The notes beneath the pieces were generated by a model. The model had not been told where the DNA came from. It did not search any database and worked only from the letters and a program-made list of their open reading frames with translations. This document shows, in pieces, positions 14,332-25,219 of a stretch of DNA of 64,000 nucleotides (position 1 is the first letter of the stretch; each line of letters starts with the position of its first letter). The position numbers were made by a program, and so were the translations under genes. The DNA is from Asterionella formosa (taxonomy: Eukaryota), in the NCBI GenBank assembly GCA_002256025.1, contig NKIB01009067.1, positions 1 to 64,000 of the forward strand. Reading direction: 5' to 3'.

Positions 14332-14902
14332 TCAACGAGGCATTCCTGGCTGGGGAATACCCATTTGCATCTGCTGAGATGGCATGTTCGACGGAGGCGC
14401 TGACCCAACTCGCTGGGGATCATGCTGAACAAGGTATCGGGCAAGCCATTCAATAGGGTTCGATGGGCGCTCCTTAACAAGCTCAGACATGCCTTAAAAT
14501 GCGTGTAAAGAAAATTGTGAGTGGAACGCTAACTTTTACAAGCAAAGCACTGACCATAATAGCATTACCTTCCAACAAAATGGGAACAACCGTCTGGTCG
14601 AGATACGCGCGAATTGGCATGGATTTAAGACTTTGATTGGCAGCAGCCTGCTGTGCCATTTGGGAGGGATCTGGGGGTTGTGGAACATGCTGCTGCATAG
14701 AATGATGAGACATGCTACCACCAACCATGCCTTGCTGCTGCCCATGCATTTGCTGCTGTTGAGCGGCAGGAGTTCGTTGTTGCATCAACGCTTGAAGCTG
14801 TTGTTGTTGCTGTTGCTGCTGTTGTTGTTGGAGCTGTTGCTGCTGTTGCTGTTGTTGGTGCTGCTGCTGCTGTTGCATTTGCATGAGCTGATTAGGATCC
14901 AT
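14332..14902 (-). CDS. DPY30: DPY-30 homolog (COMPASS subunit) with polyQ N-terminus; exons 14902-14569, 14492-14332
   Basis: MPIRAYLDQTVVPILLEG|MSELVKERPSNPIEWLARYL Dpy-30 motif spans GT-AG intron 14568-14493. Confidence 0.92.
14798..14878 (-). repeat. CAG/CAA trinucleotide repeat encoding polyQ
   Basis: Seen directly as TGC/TGT runs on the plus strand. Confidence 0.9.
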
Positions 14903-16109
14903 GGTCGTGGAAGGGTGGAACGATGGAAGGAAGGAGGGAATATAGTGGAAATCGAATGCAACAGAGGCAAGTTAATTCTAGTGAAGAGACTACCGGTAGA
15001 TTTGTTTGCCAATGCAAGCAGCACGTCTTTTACCGGCGGGGAACGTAGAGGGCTACCTGACTACGGTACTCGAAGGGGTCAGTTTACTGAACTCCTCCGT
15101 AAACAGGACAAGAAGCAAGGATTTTCTGTTATTGGCGCGCCAAACTGGGTCGGATCATTGACTGTCCATCCACAGTATCTTATATACAGGATCAGGGTAC
15201 CAGGTACGTGGTCGCAGGTTCTGGTACTGGTACCCTCGTACCAGCAAGTTGGGGTCATTTTGCTGAAATTGATGACGTGACGCAGGACAGGCAGTTAATT
15301 AAATAAAAAACGTCATCAATTCACTCTTTAAAATTGTCTGTATGTATGGTGATCACCACTTAATGATGTACTAGGTTTTATGCTAATTTTATTCTTCAAA
15401 ACAGGGAAATGTCAAGAAAACACAACAATGACCGGCGCAATAGAGGGGCGGCCTGAAGCAAAAGTAAGCAAGTCTTGCTTACTTTGCTTTATTCTCTCCA
15501 AACACAAAATCATTCTCCTTTTCCGGCCAAAGTGATGAAAACAACCTATCTTAATCAGCAGTTTTCAAAGCCATTGGGATTGGAAATTCGTAACTGCCAG
15601 CATCATCATAGCAATGACCCAATATAACTATTATTAACAACCAGTAGTTATTTACAGTATGTATGTATGTTACGTATGTATTTATAATATGCACTTTACA
15701 CTATATCGACTGTCAACTAATGAAGGTAAAAGCATATCAGTCCTGATGTCATGTATACCGGATTCTTGTTTCCGGCTAGGCTGATTTCAGTCTAATAGAC
15801 TGGATTAAGTCTGGGTTTTCAATCCCTTGCCCCTAGCTCAATTCAACGGATATTTTATTTCTGAAAAGTAAATCTAAATCTATAGAACTGTATGATTCTG
15901 GAGGTATGAATGGAAATAAGGTTATATAGGTTAAAAAAATTTCAGATAAATGAGAAATCTGCCTGCCAAAAAAATCTCAAAAATATATATGCAGGATGGC
16001 GCGAAAACAAAAATTGACAATGGGCAAAGGTGCCGTCGTTTCATGCCTTACCAAGTATTTTCACCAATCTCTGTGGGACTGAAATCATGTATTCCATTTC
16101 TAGCATCCT

Positions 16110-16720
16110 CACAAATTGTGATACTGTACAAACTGATCAACAAGGGTTACAGTGATGCCTTGGATCTCGTTGTTTATTCTTCCAGATGGGGGAATGGAAA
16201 AGGCGGGTTGATTATTGTTTGCTTCTGTTTGCAGATTCGAGGTGGTTGTCAGTTGAAATTCCAGATGGAGCAAAAAGTTGTAATTCATTGGACCCAAACC
16301 TCATTCAGCAACAGCTCTTTGGTTTGCATTGATATGGGCAAAGGATTCATCACAAGCTTTCGACATCAGATCAACAATGTCATCCTTTTCAACAACAACT
16401 GCAGCACAGCGGCCGCCTTTCCTTTTGGGTGAGTAATTCTCTCCTGGATTTCGTGAGGGCCATTTTAAATGACCCATTTGTTCTGGACTGTCTCCAACTT
16501 ACCAGTATGATATGGCACCCCACTGATGCAGACGTTCCATTTCGTTGCAGTTATGTTGATGTATTGCAGGAACAGTAGCTAGTAGGTCGAATCTGCTAGC
16601 ATTGCCATCAAGGATAAGAAAGGGTGGGACTCCATCGGTTCAGTCGAAGACTCCAATTCTGTCAACAATCTTTAGCAACTCCGCAGTGATGCTTGCACTT
16701 TCGGAGCAGCAGCAAAAGTT
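16110..16720 (-). pseudogene. Degenerate pogo-like (DDE_1) transposase remnant
   Basis: Fragments CSESASITAELL...GVFD, PFLILDGNASRFDL, KWNVCISGVPY, VGDSPEQ.GSFKMALT and ESFAHINANQRAVAE*GLGPMN resemble stramenopile pogo transposases. Many frameshifts. Confidence 0.65.
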
Positions 16721-16992
16721 ACTGAACAACAAACAGATGAAATAACCCCAAGAATTGACAAGAAACTCATGGTGAAAGACCAAAATGCACCCAACAGCAT
16801 CATTAAATTGTATAAAGCTTTTGACACTGTCCACACATCCAAATCAGATCCAAACAGACCGTTTCTGTCCCACCATCATACCTATGCAGTACATACTGAA
16901 CATTAAACAGATGAAAGATAAACAGCACCAAGGAGTGGGGAGACAAAGAAAATCCTTTACCCAATCAACACTTATGATCCAATTGTTCTCTG

Positions 16993-17185
16993 GCTGACAT
17001 GAACAGTTCAGTCAATGAGAATTAATCCAAGATCAACCTTCCACAAAATGTTTTATCCTTACTTCTGCACAAGGAAGTGACTACTCGACCAAAATCCCAA
17101 CACCCGACCTTATTGGCCATGAAGCGCAATGAAGACCAACCGAGAAATAGACTATTTTTAAGAATACGCTATAAAAATGATTACA
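16993..17185 (+). repeat. Dispersed repeat F, copy 1 (AC-rich, possibly a LINE 3' tail)
   Basis: Aligns by eye with 47391-47583 (shared AAGTGACTAC, CCTTATT-GGCCATG, AGAATACGCTATA-AAATGATTA). Confidence 0.7.
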
Positions 17186-17479
17186 TCCAAGCTGAATCTA
17201 TATAGGTAAAGCCCTCTCCTGCCATATGTCTAGTCTTTCAATGGTCACAACCGCTTCCTAGCAGGACTTACTAGATGTGTGGGGAATGGCTTAGTGGTTC
17301 TTGGTACACCTTCTGTGGTGGCGGGTTTGATTCCTGCCTTTTCCATGTATGTAGTCCATGCATAGGGTTCCGGGGTTGTGTGGCTGACAAAAATACAGGT
17401 CCCGTTGTACTGTGCCATATGGAAGACACCATCATTTAGTAAGAGTTCGACTGTAAAAGTGTTTCACACTACAAACAAA

Positions 17480-17720
17480 GATACCATTGTAAAAATACCA
17501 ACTGCAGCCAAAACCACTTTGTTTGCAACCAATCAGAAATTTCCCCTAATAAAAAATTGTTGGGGAGCTACTATGGATGGACTGAAACTGACCCTGCAAC
17601 AAGCTAGAATGAAATACAGCTGAACAATTCTACAATGGGTGGACTCATGAACAATAGATGGCAAAGTTGTTCCTTTTTCGCCTGATGGAAACATCCATTG
17701 CTCAGACAGCAACATTTACA
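17480..17720 (+). pseudogene. Degenerate PIF/Harbinger-group (DDE_Tnp_4) transposase remnant
   Basis: CWGATMDGLKLTLQQA, EQFYNGWTH and LFLFSPDG fragments around the first catalytic Asp. Confidence 0.6.
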
Positions 17721-18111
17721 TACTTTTATCCTTGTGCACCAAGGACTCAAGCAGCATCACATCTACATTGTGGCCAATCAAACCACAACAAGAACAAACT
17801 AAGATTACATGTGTTTCTTGCATCTTGTTTTGTCACCAGTGATATAATATGTTCCTAGCTTTCAAAATTTGCTTACCATCAATCCCAACCTGGAAGTATG
17901 TGAAGCAAATTCATTGAGACAACCAATTTTCCTCCAAGTATTCAATTGAGTGATCAATAATTGACTGAATAAATCATGTTCCATTAGAAATATAATTAAC
18001 TCTAAAATGTGACAGCATAAAGTCAAGCATGGGAAACGACATGTACACAGGCTGTAGGTTAAAGGAAAAATTGTATACATATAATGACCTTTGCCATGCA
18101 AAGAATATTGT

Positions 18112-20100
18112 CTAACGATCCCGTAAAATCCAAGTTTCATCCAGAACAGCTCCAGACTCGGTGTCATTGTCAGCTCCTGCTCTGACAAATTCCCAGTGCA
18201 TGGCACTTGCATTCACGACTGTAATGCGGCCATATCCAAATTCAAGAGGAAGGAAAGTGACAGTCCAGTCCTGTTCGTACAAGGTTGCGTTCACGTCCAA
18301 ATGGGCACCTGCACTTCCAACAGTAATGTGAGTGGGACCTCCGTTGTGACAAGTGGAATGGTAGAGACCATCGCAGGACCGTAAGTACGCATGGTAGTGA
18401 CCTGCCAACATCAAATCAACGTTATAAAGGTAAAGCAGTTCTTCAAACTCAAACCTCATCCCAATTCCAACAGCAATATTATCCCATTGAGTTTCGCTCT
18501 CGTACATTGGACGATGAGACTCAACCACAACCCAAGGCGTCAACGTTCTGTTGACGGCCTCCAAGTCGGCTCGTAACCACTCATACTGTGGCGAACCTTC
18601 AGTTAAATTATGCTCAGAGGATATCATTATTGTGTGAACACTAGCATAGTCATGGGAGTACCAAAAGACGCCGTTGGAGTTATTGGATGCTGGCATAGTA
18701 AATCTTTGGTTGGTGGGAACACCACATTCTCCACCAGAATCATTGTAAAAGTTTCCCCATTCCGGCATGAAGCCATGGTCATCCTCGACCCCGCTGGGAT
18801 CTCTCATAGTCCCACCTGTGATGTGATCGTACTCATGATTCCCAACACCAATCATAAGAGGAACTCTAGTGCTGAAGGATTGCAACATACGGAACCAATC
18901 ATCCCAAATATGAGCAGCTCCACGAGCATAGCTCAAATCTCCAAAGTGGTGCACGGCTCGAATACCTTCTTCGCGTGCTGCCATGGCAGAAGTCCACAGT
19001 CCGCCGTCACCCCATCCAACGCTGGGGCAACCTTGGTCACCATAAACAAGATATGAAAATGGGTCGGTACTACCAATGGCTGTAGCAGACCGAAAGGAAA
19101 ACACATCACTCCAGACAATTCCTTGACCTGACGCTAGACCAACCTTGTAGTCGTAGGTTGTATCCAAATTTAAACCAGTCAATCTCACGACATGAAGGTA
19201 TCCAGGGGGCTGGAATTTTCCCACTTCTTCTACATTAGCTGGTCCTTCACACAATGCATCCACAGTGTAAGTATGAGATGTTCCAGTTACTTTTGTAGAA
19301 GTTGAGTTCAATCCATACAAGGCCACTGGAGTACCTTCTTCACCAGTGACGAATTGCAAGACCATTTCGGAAGGAATACTTGAGTAGGCCAGGTGAATCG
19401 AATGTGGCGTTCGAGGTGCTGCTGGCATGTGAATGGTGGGTGACGTCGCCAGTAGTTCCAGCAGATTATTGTGTTGGTCATGAGCGAACAAGCGAAACTG
19501 GCAAGTGGCTGCTCGAAAGACAGGAAACTCCGGCAGATACCATGCCTCCTCCTTGTTCCCCCCGTGCTTTCGACTCGTTGCTCGTACCTGTAACATTGTT
19601 GCTGCCTCTTGTAACTGAGCGGAATCGGCTGGGCAATACAGAGCTAAAATGTCATGGTCTTGCATAATAGGATCCCCCCACGGAGTGGAGCCCCGCGTCC
19701 AGGAAAGCTCTAGCGGCTCTCTGAGCCCAACTTGTTGCCGGTCCACGGAAATTACCGGCGCTTCCTTCCAAATAATGCTCCTCCTCAGATGTGCTGGGTT
19801 CGTATTTGTTCTGGCGTTTTTGAGTATTTGATAGAGTGGGTTCTCCAGAGCATTGATATAGAATCCTGTCTCGTGATTTATAATGGACAAGAGCGTGGGG
19901 GTAGTGTGCTTGGGAGGCGAACAAGGCGCTGCTTCTCGAGTTGGTACGCCGCGAAATGATGACGATGATAGGAATAGTAAGGCCGCTGTGACTGCCACTG
20001 CTGCCCTCGACACAAGCAGAACACGACGCCCCTCCTGACTGTCGTCCGCGAGGCGCTCGTAGCTGCCACCTTCACTGCGAGTACAACGAAATAGTATCAT
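18112..20100 (-). CDS. Purple acid phosphatase (FN3-like plus metallophosphoesterase domains) with N-terminal membrane anchor; intronless
   Basis: All five PAP blocks present: GDQG, GDLSY, GNHE, VESH, GHYH. First ATG at 20100. Confidence 0.93.
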   Translation of the reverse strand: MILFRCTRSEGGSYERLADDSQEGRRVLLVSRAAVAVTAALLFLSSSSFRGVPTREAAPCSPPKHTTPTLLSIINHETGFYINALENPLYQILKNARTNTNPAHLRRSIIWKEAPVISVDRQQVGLREPLELSWTRGSTPWGDPIMQDHDILALYCPADSAQLQEAATMLQVRATSRKHGGNKEEAWYLPEFPVFRAATCQFRLFAHDQHNNLLELLATSPTIHMPAAPRTPHSIHLAYSSIPSEMVLQFVTGEEGTPVALYGLNSTSTKVTGTSHTYTVDALCEGPANVEEVGKFQPPGYLHVVRLTGLNLDTTYDYKVGLASGQGIVWSDVFSFRSATAIGSTDPFSYLVYGDQGCPSVGWGDGGLWTSAMAAREEGIRAVHHFGDLSYARGAAHIWDDWFRMLQSFSTRVPLMIGVGNHEYDHITGGTMRDPSGVEDDHGFMPEWGNFYNDSGGECGVPTNQRFTMPASNNSNGVFWYSHDYASVHTIMISSEHNLTEGSPQYEWLRADLEAVNRTLTPWVVVESHRPMYESETQWDNIAVGIGMRFEFEELLYLYNVDLMLAGHYHAYLRSCDGLYHSTCHNGGPTHITVGSAGAHLDVNATLYEQDWTVTFLPLEFGYGRITVVNASAMHWEFVRAGADNDTESGAVLDETWILRDR

Positions 20101-20470
20101 GGTTACGGAAATACAATGCAACACTGTAGTCTGTAGTATAAACGAGGGACTCTTGACTCTTTATGTATGTGGAGAAAGGAAATGCCCCACAAGAACGAAA
20201 GTACAATGCTGGAAGATGTGACAAGAACGCCTCGAGTGCCTTCTTATTTGTGGGGAATAAACAGAGTATGAAATTATTCTGGTAAACTACTGGTATACCC
20301 CGCTACTTACTCCCAATGTATTTACCGGTATAGGTACCGTTAGAATTGCCATGCAAATCGCTCGACCATTGTCTTCATCATCATTTTGGATGCTAAAAAA
20401 AAATAACACATACACCGGGCACGACTGAAATTGAGAGTTTCGCGGCTGCAAAGCGGTACTTCTACTCTAT

Positions 20471-20905
20471 GTAGCGCTCACGGATGTCGCGAAATCAGTA
20501 TTTTCTTGGTTGACCGAAAACCCGGAAAATGTTTGAATTTCATAAAGATAAATCTCGTGTTATCAAAATGACAATGGTGATCGCCGTTTTCTTCCTAGAT
20601 AATAGTAATTCATTATCCCCTTTTTCGGATATGCTCAATCATATCATTGCTTAGAGCGTGAGCTATTGTAATGGCTGGTAGACGACTTGTGTGTAGTGAA
20701 ATCCATAATTTTATATATTTAGCATAATGACTCGATTTGGTTGAGTCAAAGCACAAGAAACCACTAGGGAAATGTATTGGCAATATATCAGCAATACATC
20801 CAACCAGGAACTCTCCAAATGCAGTAAGAATTGATAGCTGCTCAGCACTCCATTGGACGAAATATTTCTGATGGTTGGCAGCAAAGATGGTTGCTATCAT
20901 TTTAC
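20471..20905 (-). mobile_element. Family B right end (inverted copy)
   Basis: Reverse complement of 26870-27189 and of ~26385-26480. Starts GTAGCGCTCACGGATGTCG. Confidence 0.8.
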
Positions 20906-20944
20906 AAATGGTTGAAGAGGTGCGTGGATGATGGGTAGGGAAAA

Positions 20945-21003
20945 GGGGGGGGGGGGGGGGGGTGGGGGGGGCCCGGGGGGGGGGCCCGGGGGGGGGGGGT
21001 GGG
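20945..21003 (+). repeat. Poly-G tract (runs of about 18, 8, 10 and 12 G)
   Basis: Seen directly. Confidence 0.9.
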
Positions 21004-21972
21004 CCGTCCGGGGGTTTTGGACACAGGAGGGGGAACATAAGGGGCAGGATCAAACCGGAGGTGTTTGCAAGCGGGGAGGGCGAGCGCAGGGGTGGCTGAG
21101 GAGGGGTTGGAAAGGGGGGCAGTAGGACAGGAGAATAAATGTCCCTGCCAAGGGGTGCGTCAGGTCCCAGAAATGGCCATGTATTTGTTTATCCACGCAC
21201 GCCTTGAGTTTTTCGGTTTCGGCTGCATTGTGGGAGCGATGGTCGGCCTTGCAGCGGCACCTGGTGACACAGTCTCCTTTCCTGTGTTAGGAAACACACA
21301 TAGGTTTTCCCCAGCGAGTTATTAACAGGAGATCGTGCTTTTGCGCGAACCTCGCCAAGCAATGCGGCCCCTGGCGGCTTGGTAGGCCTTGTAGATGGAA
21401 TGCAGAGCCGGGTCGACCGCAGGGTTGTTGCATCCGACCACGACTTGTGGCCGCCATGCAGGGGTGTCAAGGTTGGGGGAAGAGGGGGGGGGAGACAGTG
21501 GGTGATGTGAGGTGAAGACATCGCTGTGGAGGGAAGCGGCAATGCTAGTGGGGGCAGGGCCGGGCTCTCAGTCAAGGGTGCTGGGGGAGAGTGGAGCAAG
21601 GAAGAGGGGAGGTGAGGAGCATTTAGGTGGATGGATTCGTACATGGAGTCATGGATTCTTAGTTCCATGAAATCAGGAAGAACCGCAATTGTCTGCAAAT
21701 AAAAACCATCATATTCCTATGATGCATCATAGGATTGCTTATGATCATCTGATCATAATTTTTCGTTGTATCATCTAATAGTTTTGATAAATGCCCTCAT
21801 AATTTAGAACGTAACCCTTTTGATTATGTATTTTTAATTATTATGTATTGTTTCTATTGGATTCCTTTATATAAATTTCTTTGTAAGATAATGTACCAGC
21901 TAAAGTAATGTGGTTCGGTTCATCATCCTCTCCAGTCCTCCCTCCGATTCTTGCAACAATGACAAAACAGCC

Positions 21973-22865
21973 ATCCACATTCAGTGTTTCAATGTTCTTG
22001 TACTCACCGATCCGCTCTAACAAGCGTAACACACAGCATACGATGGGCTCATAAGAAAGTCGAAAGTTTCTGTTGCAGGCCCAAATTGAGCAACGACAGG
22101 CAGGATAGAGTGAGAACTATATTTGTGAGGACGAAATCGGGCAAACGGTACGTAAAATCAATGAATATGTGAACGATACAATTCAACATTCAGGTCTCGT
22201 AAAAATAATACAGAGTCTACAGACATAATATTATAACTTGTTCAAAGTAAGCATTAAAGTATAGCTTAAACCATGCATGGTTGTTTTTAGTACTACCACG
22301 TACGTATGTAGACTACTAGATGACTGCTGGTACCGGTAGAATATCCGTTAAGCATCATTACATACATGACCGGAGCAAAACCTTGCCACCAACATCAGAT
22401 GCATTGATATCATCGTTCGTCCGACGAAATATGGACGATGCAACTACATGAATCCCTTGAGAAGACAAGCAATCCAACAACCAACTGCATCTGTTTGACA
22501 ACAAATCGCTACTGGAGTCATCGCAGAACTGATTTCGCTTCAAACCGGTCATGATAGATGACAATCGGCATGGTGAAAGGTGAATTGCCTGAGTCCCCTT
22601 TTCAGGAGACAAAGAATAACGAGGTGAATTCTAGATATAAATCATTAAAATCTATATAGTAAATAAAATGGTTTCCTTAAGGTTGGTCCTGCAGTTACAA
22701 ATTGCGAGTTCCATTTTTTCCCAAAATATTTTTATGATGAGTTGCATTTCAGTTTTACCGGACACTTCGACATTTACGTAGTTCAGATATGAATAGGCTA
22801 CATACAATATATTCTATCATATACATATATATATTTTGTTCAAGGAGAATGGTGATATGGTACAT
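21973..22865 (+). repeat. Internal fragment of family A
   Basis: Near-identical to ~1896-2952; same spurious 84-aa ORF at 22358-22612. Confidence 0.9.
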
Positions 22866-23229
22866 TACCTGTAACCTGGTACCAGGTGTATACCAGGGGC
22901 AACTCACCACGAAGTACTAGGCGATAGAATACGAAAATGATCACGTGACTACGACTTATAGCTGTGCAAATGATGCTTTTGCTTTGGCTGTTACTATCAC
23001 TCTAGCATGTTATAGGCGATAGAATACGAAAATGATCACGTGACTCAACAAATACCGCCCTGTGTTACCACGAGGTACCAGGTACCTCCTGCATCTACAT
23101 GCTGATATACTGGGTAGTACGGTACTACATCAACTGGTACATGCATAGGAGCATCATCGGAAACACTGCAGCTTTGGTTTTATTACCATAAGTTTCAGAT
23201 TTTAAAAACATAGGGGGAGAGGAAGAGAA

Positions 23230-23880
23230 TCATGCAAGTAACATGGGTAGACCACATAAGGACTCCCCACAAATGCTCATACTACTGGACATCAATGTCC
23301 TTGACTCTGCCCATTGACCACCCACCATTTACACTGATGGAACCTGATGAAGTTCCCCCTGGGCAGGCACTAATATAAGTAGCAGCCCCCTTACTTATAC
23401 TGTGCATGCTGATGTTGTTTGATTCAATACCTTATTCAAATAGCTGTCCTTCCTTTGCTTCTGCTTTAAAATAGATGAAAATCTCTTAAATTAATTGTGA
23501 CCAGGGAATAAGCAACTATTTCCTTTAACAACATAATTAAATCTTCCCTAGTATACACGACCAAGATAAAACATAGGATAAACTACCCACTCAATTGGAT
23601 TTGCATAAATATGTCTGGAATATTTTGATTGAGTCGCTCCCTTTCTGATCTGTCTTAGTGTTTGCAAAGTATTTATGCAGAGCATCATCAGTCCACTCCA
23701 TATGTGACAAGCAGATTTGGCTTGTGCTATTGACCCTGCAAATCAAATTCCAAGTAAAGGCCATGAATAGGTTACCCCAAATACCATCACCAGTTCCTAA
23801 CTCAATGAACCAAGTAGGGGAATGGCTTAATTGGTTAGCACACCTCATGAGGTATGTACCTAACGTAGTTGAGCACACAA
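23230..23880 (-). pseudogene. Crypton (CryptonS-like) tyrosine recombinase remnant
   Basis: FTWNLICRVNSTSQICLSHMEWTDDAL..YFANTKTDQKG, RHIYANP, MHSISKGAATYISACPGG and GGWSMGRVKDI correspond to decayed R, HxxR and W catalytic segments. Stops and frameshifts present. Confidence 0.75.
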
Positions 23881-24040
23881 CATCTGAAAGTTACACTCTT
23901 TTGAGATACTTTTCACAGTTCTCTCTGCTCCTATCTTACTGCTAACATTTATTTTTGATTCCATTATTATTCAGAAGCACAGCAAGCACGGCACATTGAT
24001 AGAAATGTAGTCAAGTCTGAATAGATTGACAAGAAAAATT

Positions 24041-25033
24041 TTAACAAAGGAGACGTAATAAAGTCAACTCGGAGCAATGAGGACAACGGACATTATCATC
24101 TCGATTTGCAACAATGTATCCAGCTTTCAATAGGCTCAAGTTCAAATTGAACAGATCAATCTCATGTTTCCAATCAACTACACGTCCATTGACAACAGTA
24201 CCAGGAAATCCCATTTGCGATCGATAATGCACTTCAACAAGAATTTGCATTGGCGCTGAAAAGAGATCAGCAGAAGATAATATGGAGTCAAAAGCATCAA
24301 ACTCAAAGCCTTCAATATCCATTTTGAGCAAGTCAATTTGCTTGTGACTGTGCCTTTCCGCAAGCTGGTCAAGAGTATAAAAGTTTTTGTCAGAAGATGT
24401 TCCCAAACATTCGTAGTGGAAAAATAGACGATTCGAAGGTGGAACTTTGAATCTGCTTCGATCTCCAGTACAATCGAATGTGTGGACTTCGCAAGATGTC
24501 GACTTCAGTACACCAAGCTCGAAGCTCCAATCATTGTTGCTGCCAATGCTGTACACTACACAGGGTGAACGCAGAGTGTTCAAACCACATACAATCTTGC
24601 TGGTATCACTCCCACATTCGCCTCCCACACATGTTGGGTTGCAATCGACGGCTGTATGAAAGGGGCGAAAGCGATTGTGATTGTGCTTTGTCTGAGGATC
24701 CAAGGTAATTTGTTCCCTATCCCATGCTGTTTGCTTGACAAGACTGTCGTATTTGCTCAACATTTCCGTTTCAGATAACTTGATAGAGGCTAAGAACGGA
24801 TTACGCTTACAAATAGCTCCCTCAAGATTGTATTTTCCTTGGAGCCCGCTATCGGCAGGAACCATCCCATTCATCAATGAATCTTTGATTTGCATCGCTC
24901 TTGGGTCGTTAAGAGCTTGTAATCCATCCCAAGTAGTTTCGGTACCATTGCTTCCCTTGGTAGCGATTAGTACGACGACGCTGATGGCCCAAACAAGAGC
25001 GAGAAACCCTGCTTTCTTTGCTCGGCCGATCAT
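24041..25033 (-). CDS. METTL24/FkbM-like SAM-dependent methyltransferase (Methyltransf_22-like), type II membrane anchor; paralog 1
   Basis: CVVYSIGSNNDWSFE, CEVHTFDCT, IDLLKMDIEGFEF, QILVEVH, CPHCSELTL. Intact and intronless; the MIG start is shared with the paralog. Confidence 0.88.
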   Translation of the reverse strand: MIGRAKKAGFLALVWAISVVVLIATKGSNGTETTWDGLQALNDPRAMQIKDSLMNGMVPADSGLQGKYNLEGAICKRNPFLASIKLSETEMLSKYDSLVKQTAWDREQITLDPQTKHNHNRFRPFHTAVDCNPTCVGGECGSDTSKIVCGLNTLRSPCVVYSIGSNNDWSFELGVLKSTSCEVHTFDCTGDRSRFKVPPSNRLFFHYECLGTSSDKNFYTLDQLAERHSHKQIDLLKMDIEGFEFDAFDSILSSADLFSAPMQILVEVHYRSQMGFPGTVVNGRVVDWKHEIDLFNLNLSLLKAGYIVANRDDNVRCPHCSELTLLRLLC

Positions 25034-25219
25034 GAGATCCTGCATGTACAAGAGCGAGAACTCCTACTTGCTTTGCTAGGCCAATAGCTGACCCTGGTCC
25101 TACAAATGACCTTAATTTTTAACGACCATCAGTTGATGGATTATTTCTGGTCATCGTGAGCTAATTTATGTACTGGAGTGCCGGTACCGGTACTATAGCT
25201 AATATTGATGATGTGTACC

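Noticed and set aside
14633..15280. 215-aa poly-Leu ORF
   Set aside because: Antisense shadow of the DPY-30 polyQ codons.
20613..21698. Proline-rich (extensin/formin-like) ORFs
   Set aside because: Produced by the poly-G/G-rich tract and running into non-coding TE sequence.
22918..23045. CRISPR-like repeat-spacer-repeat
   Set aside because: Only two units, a 62-bp spacer, eukaryotic context and no cas genes.
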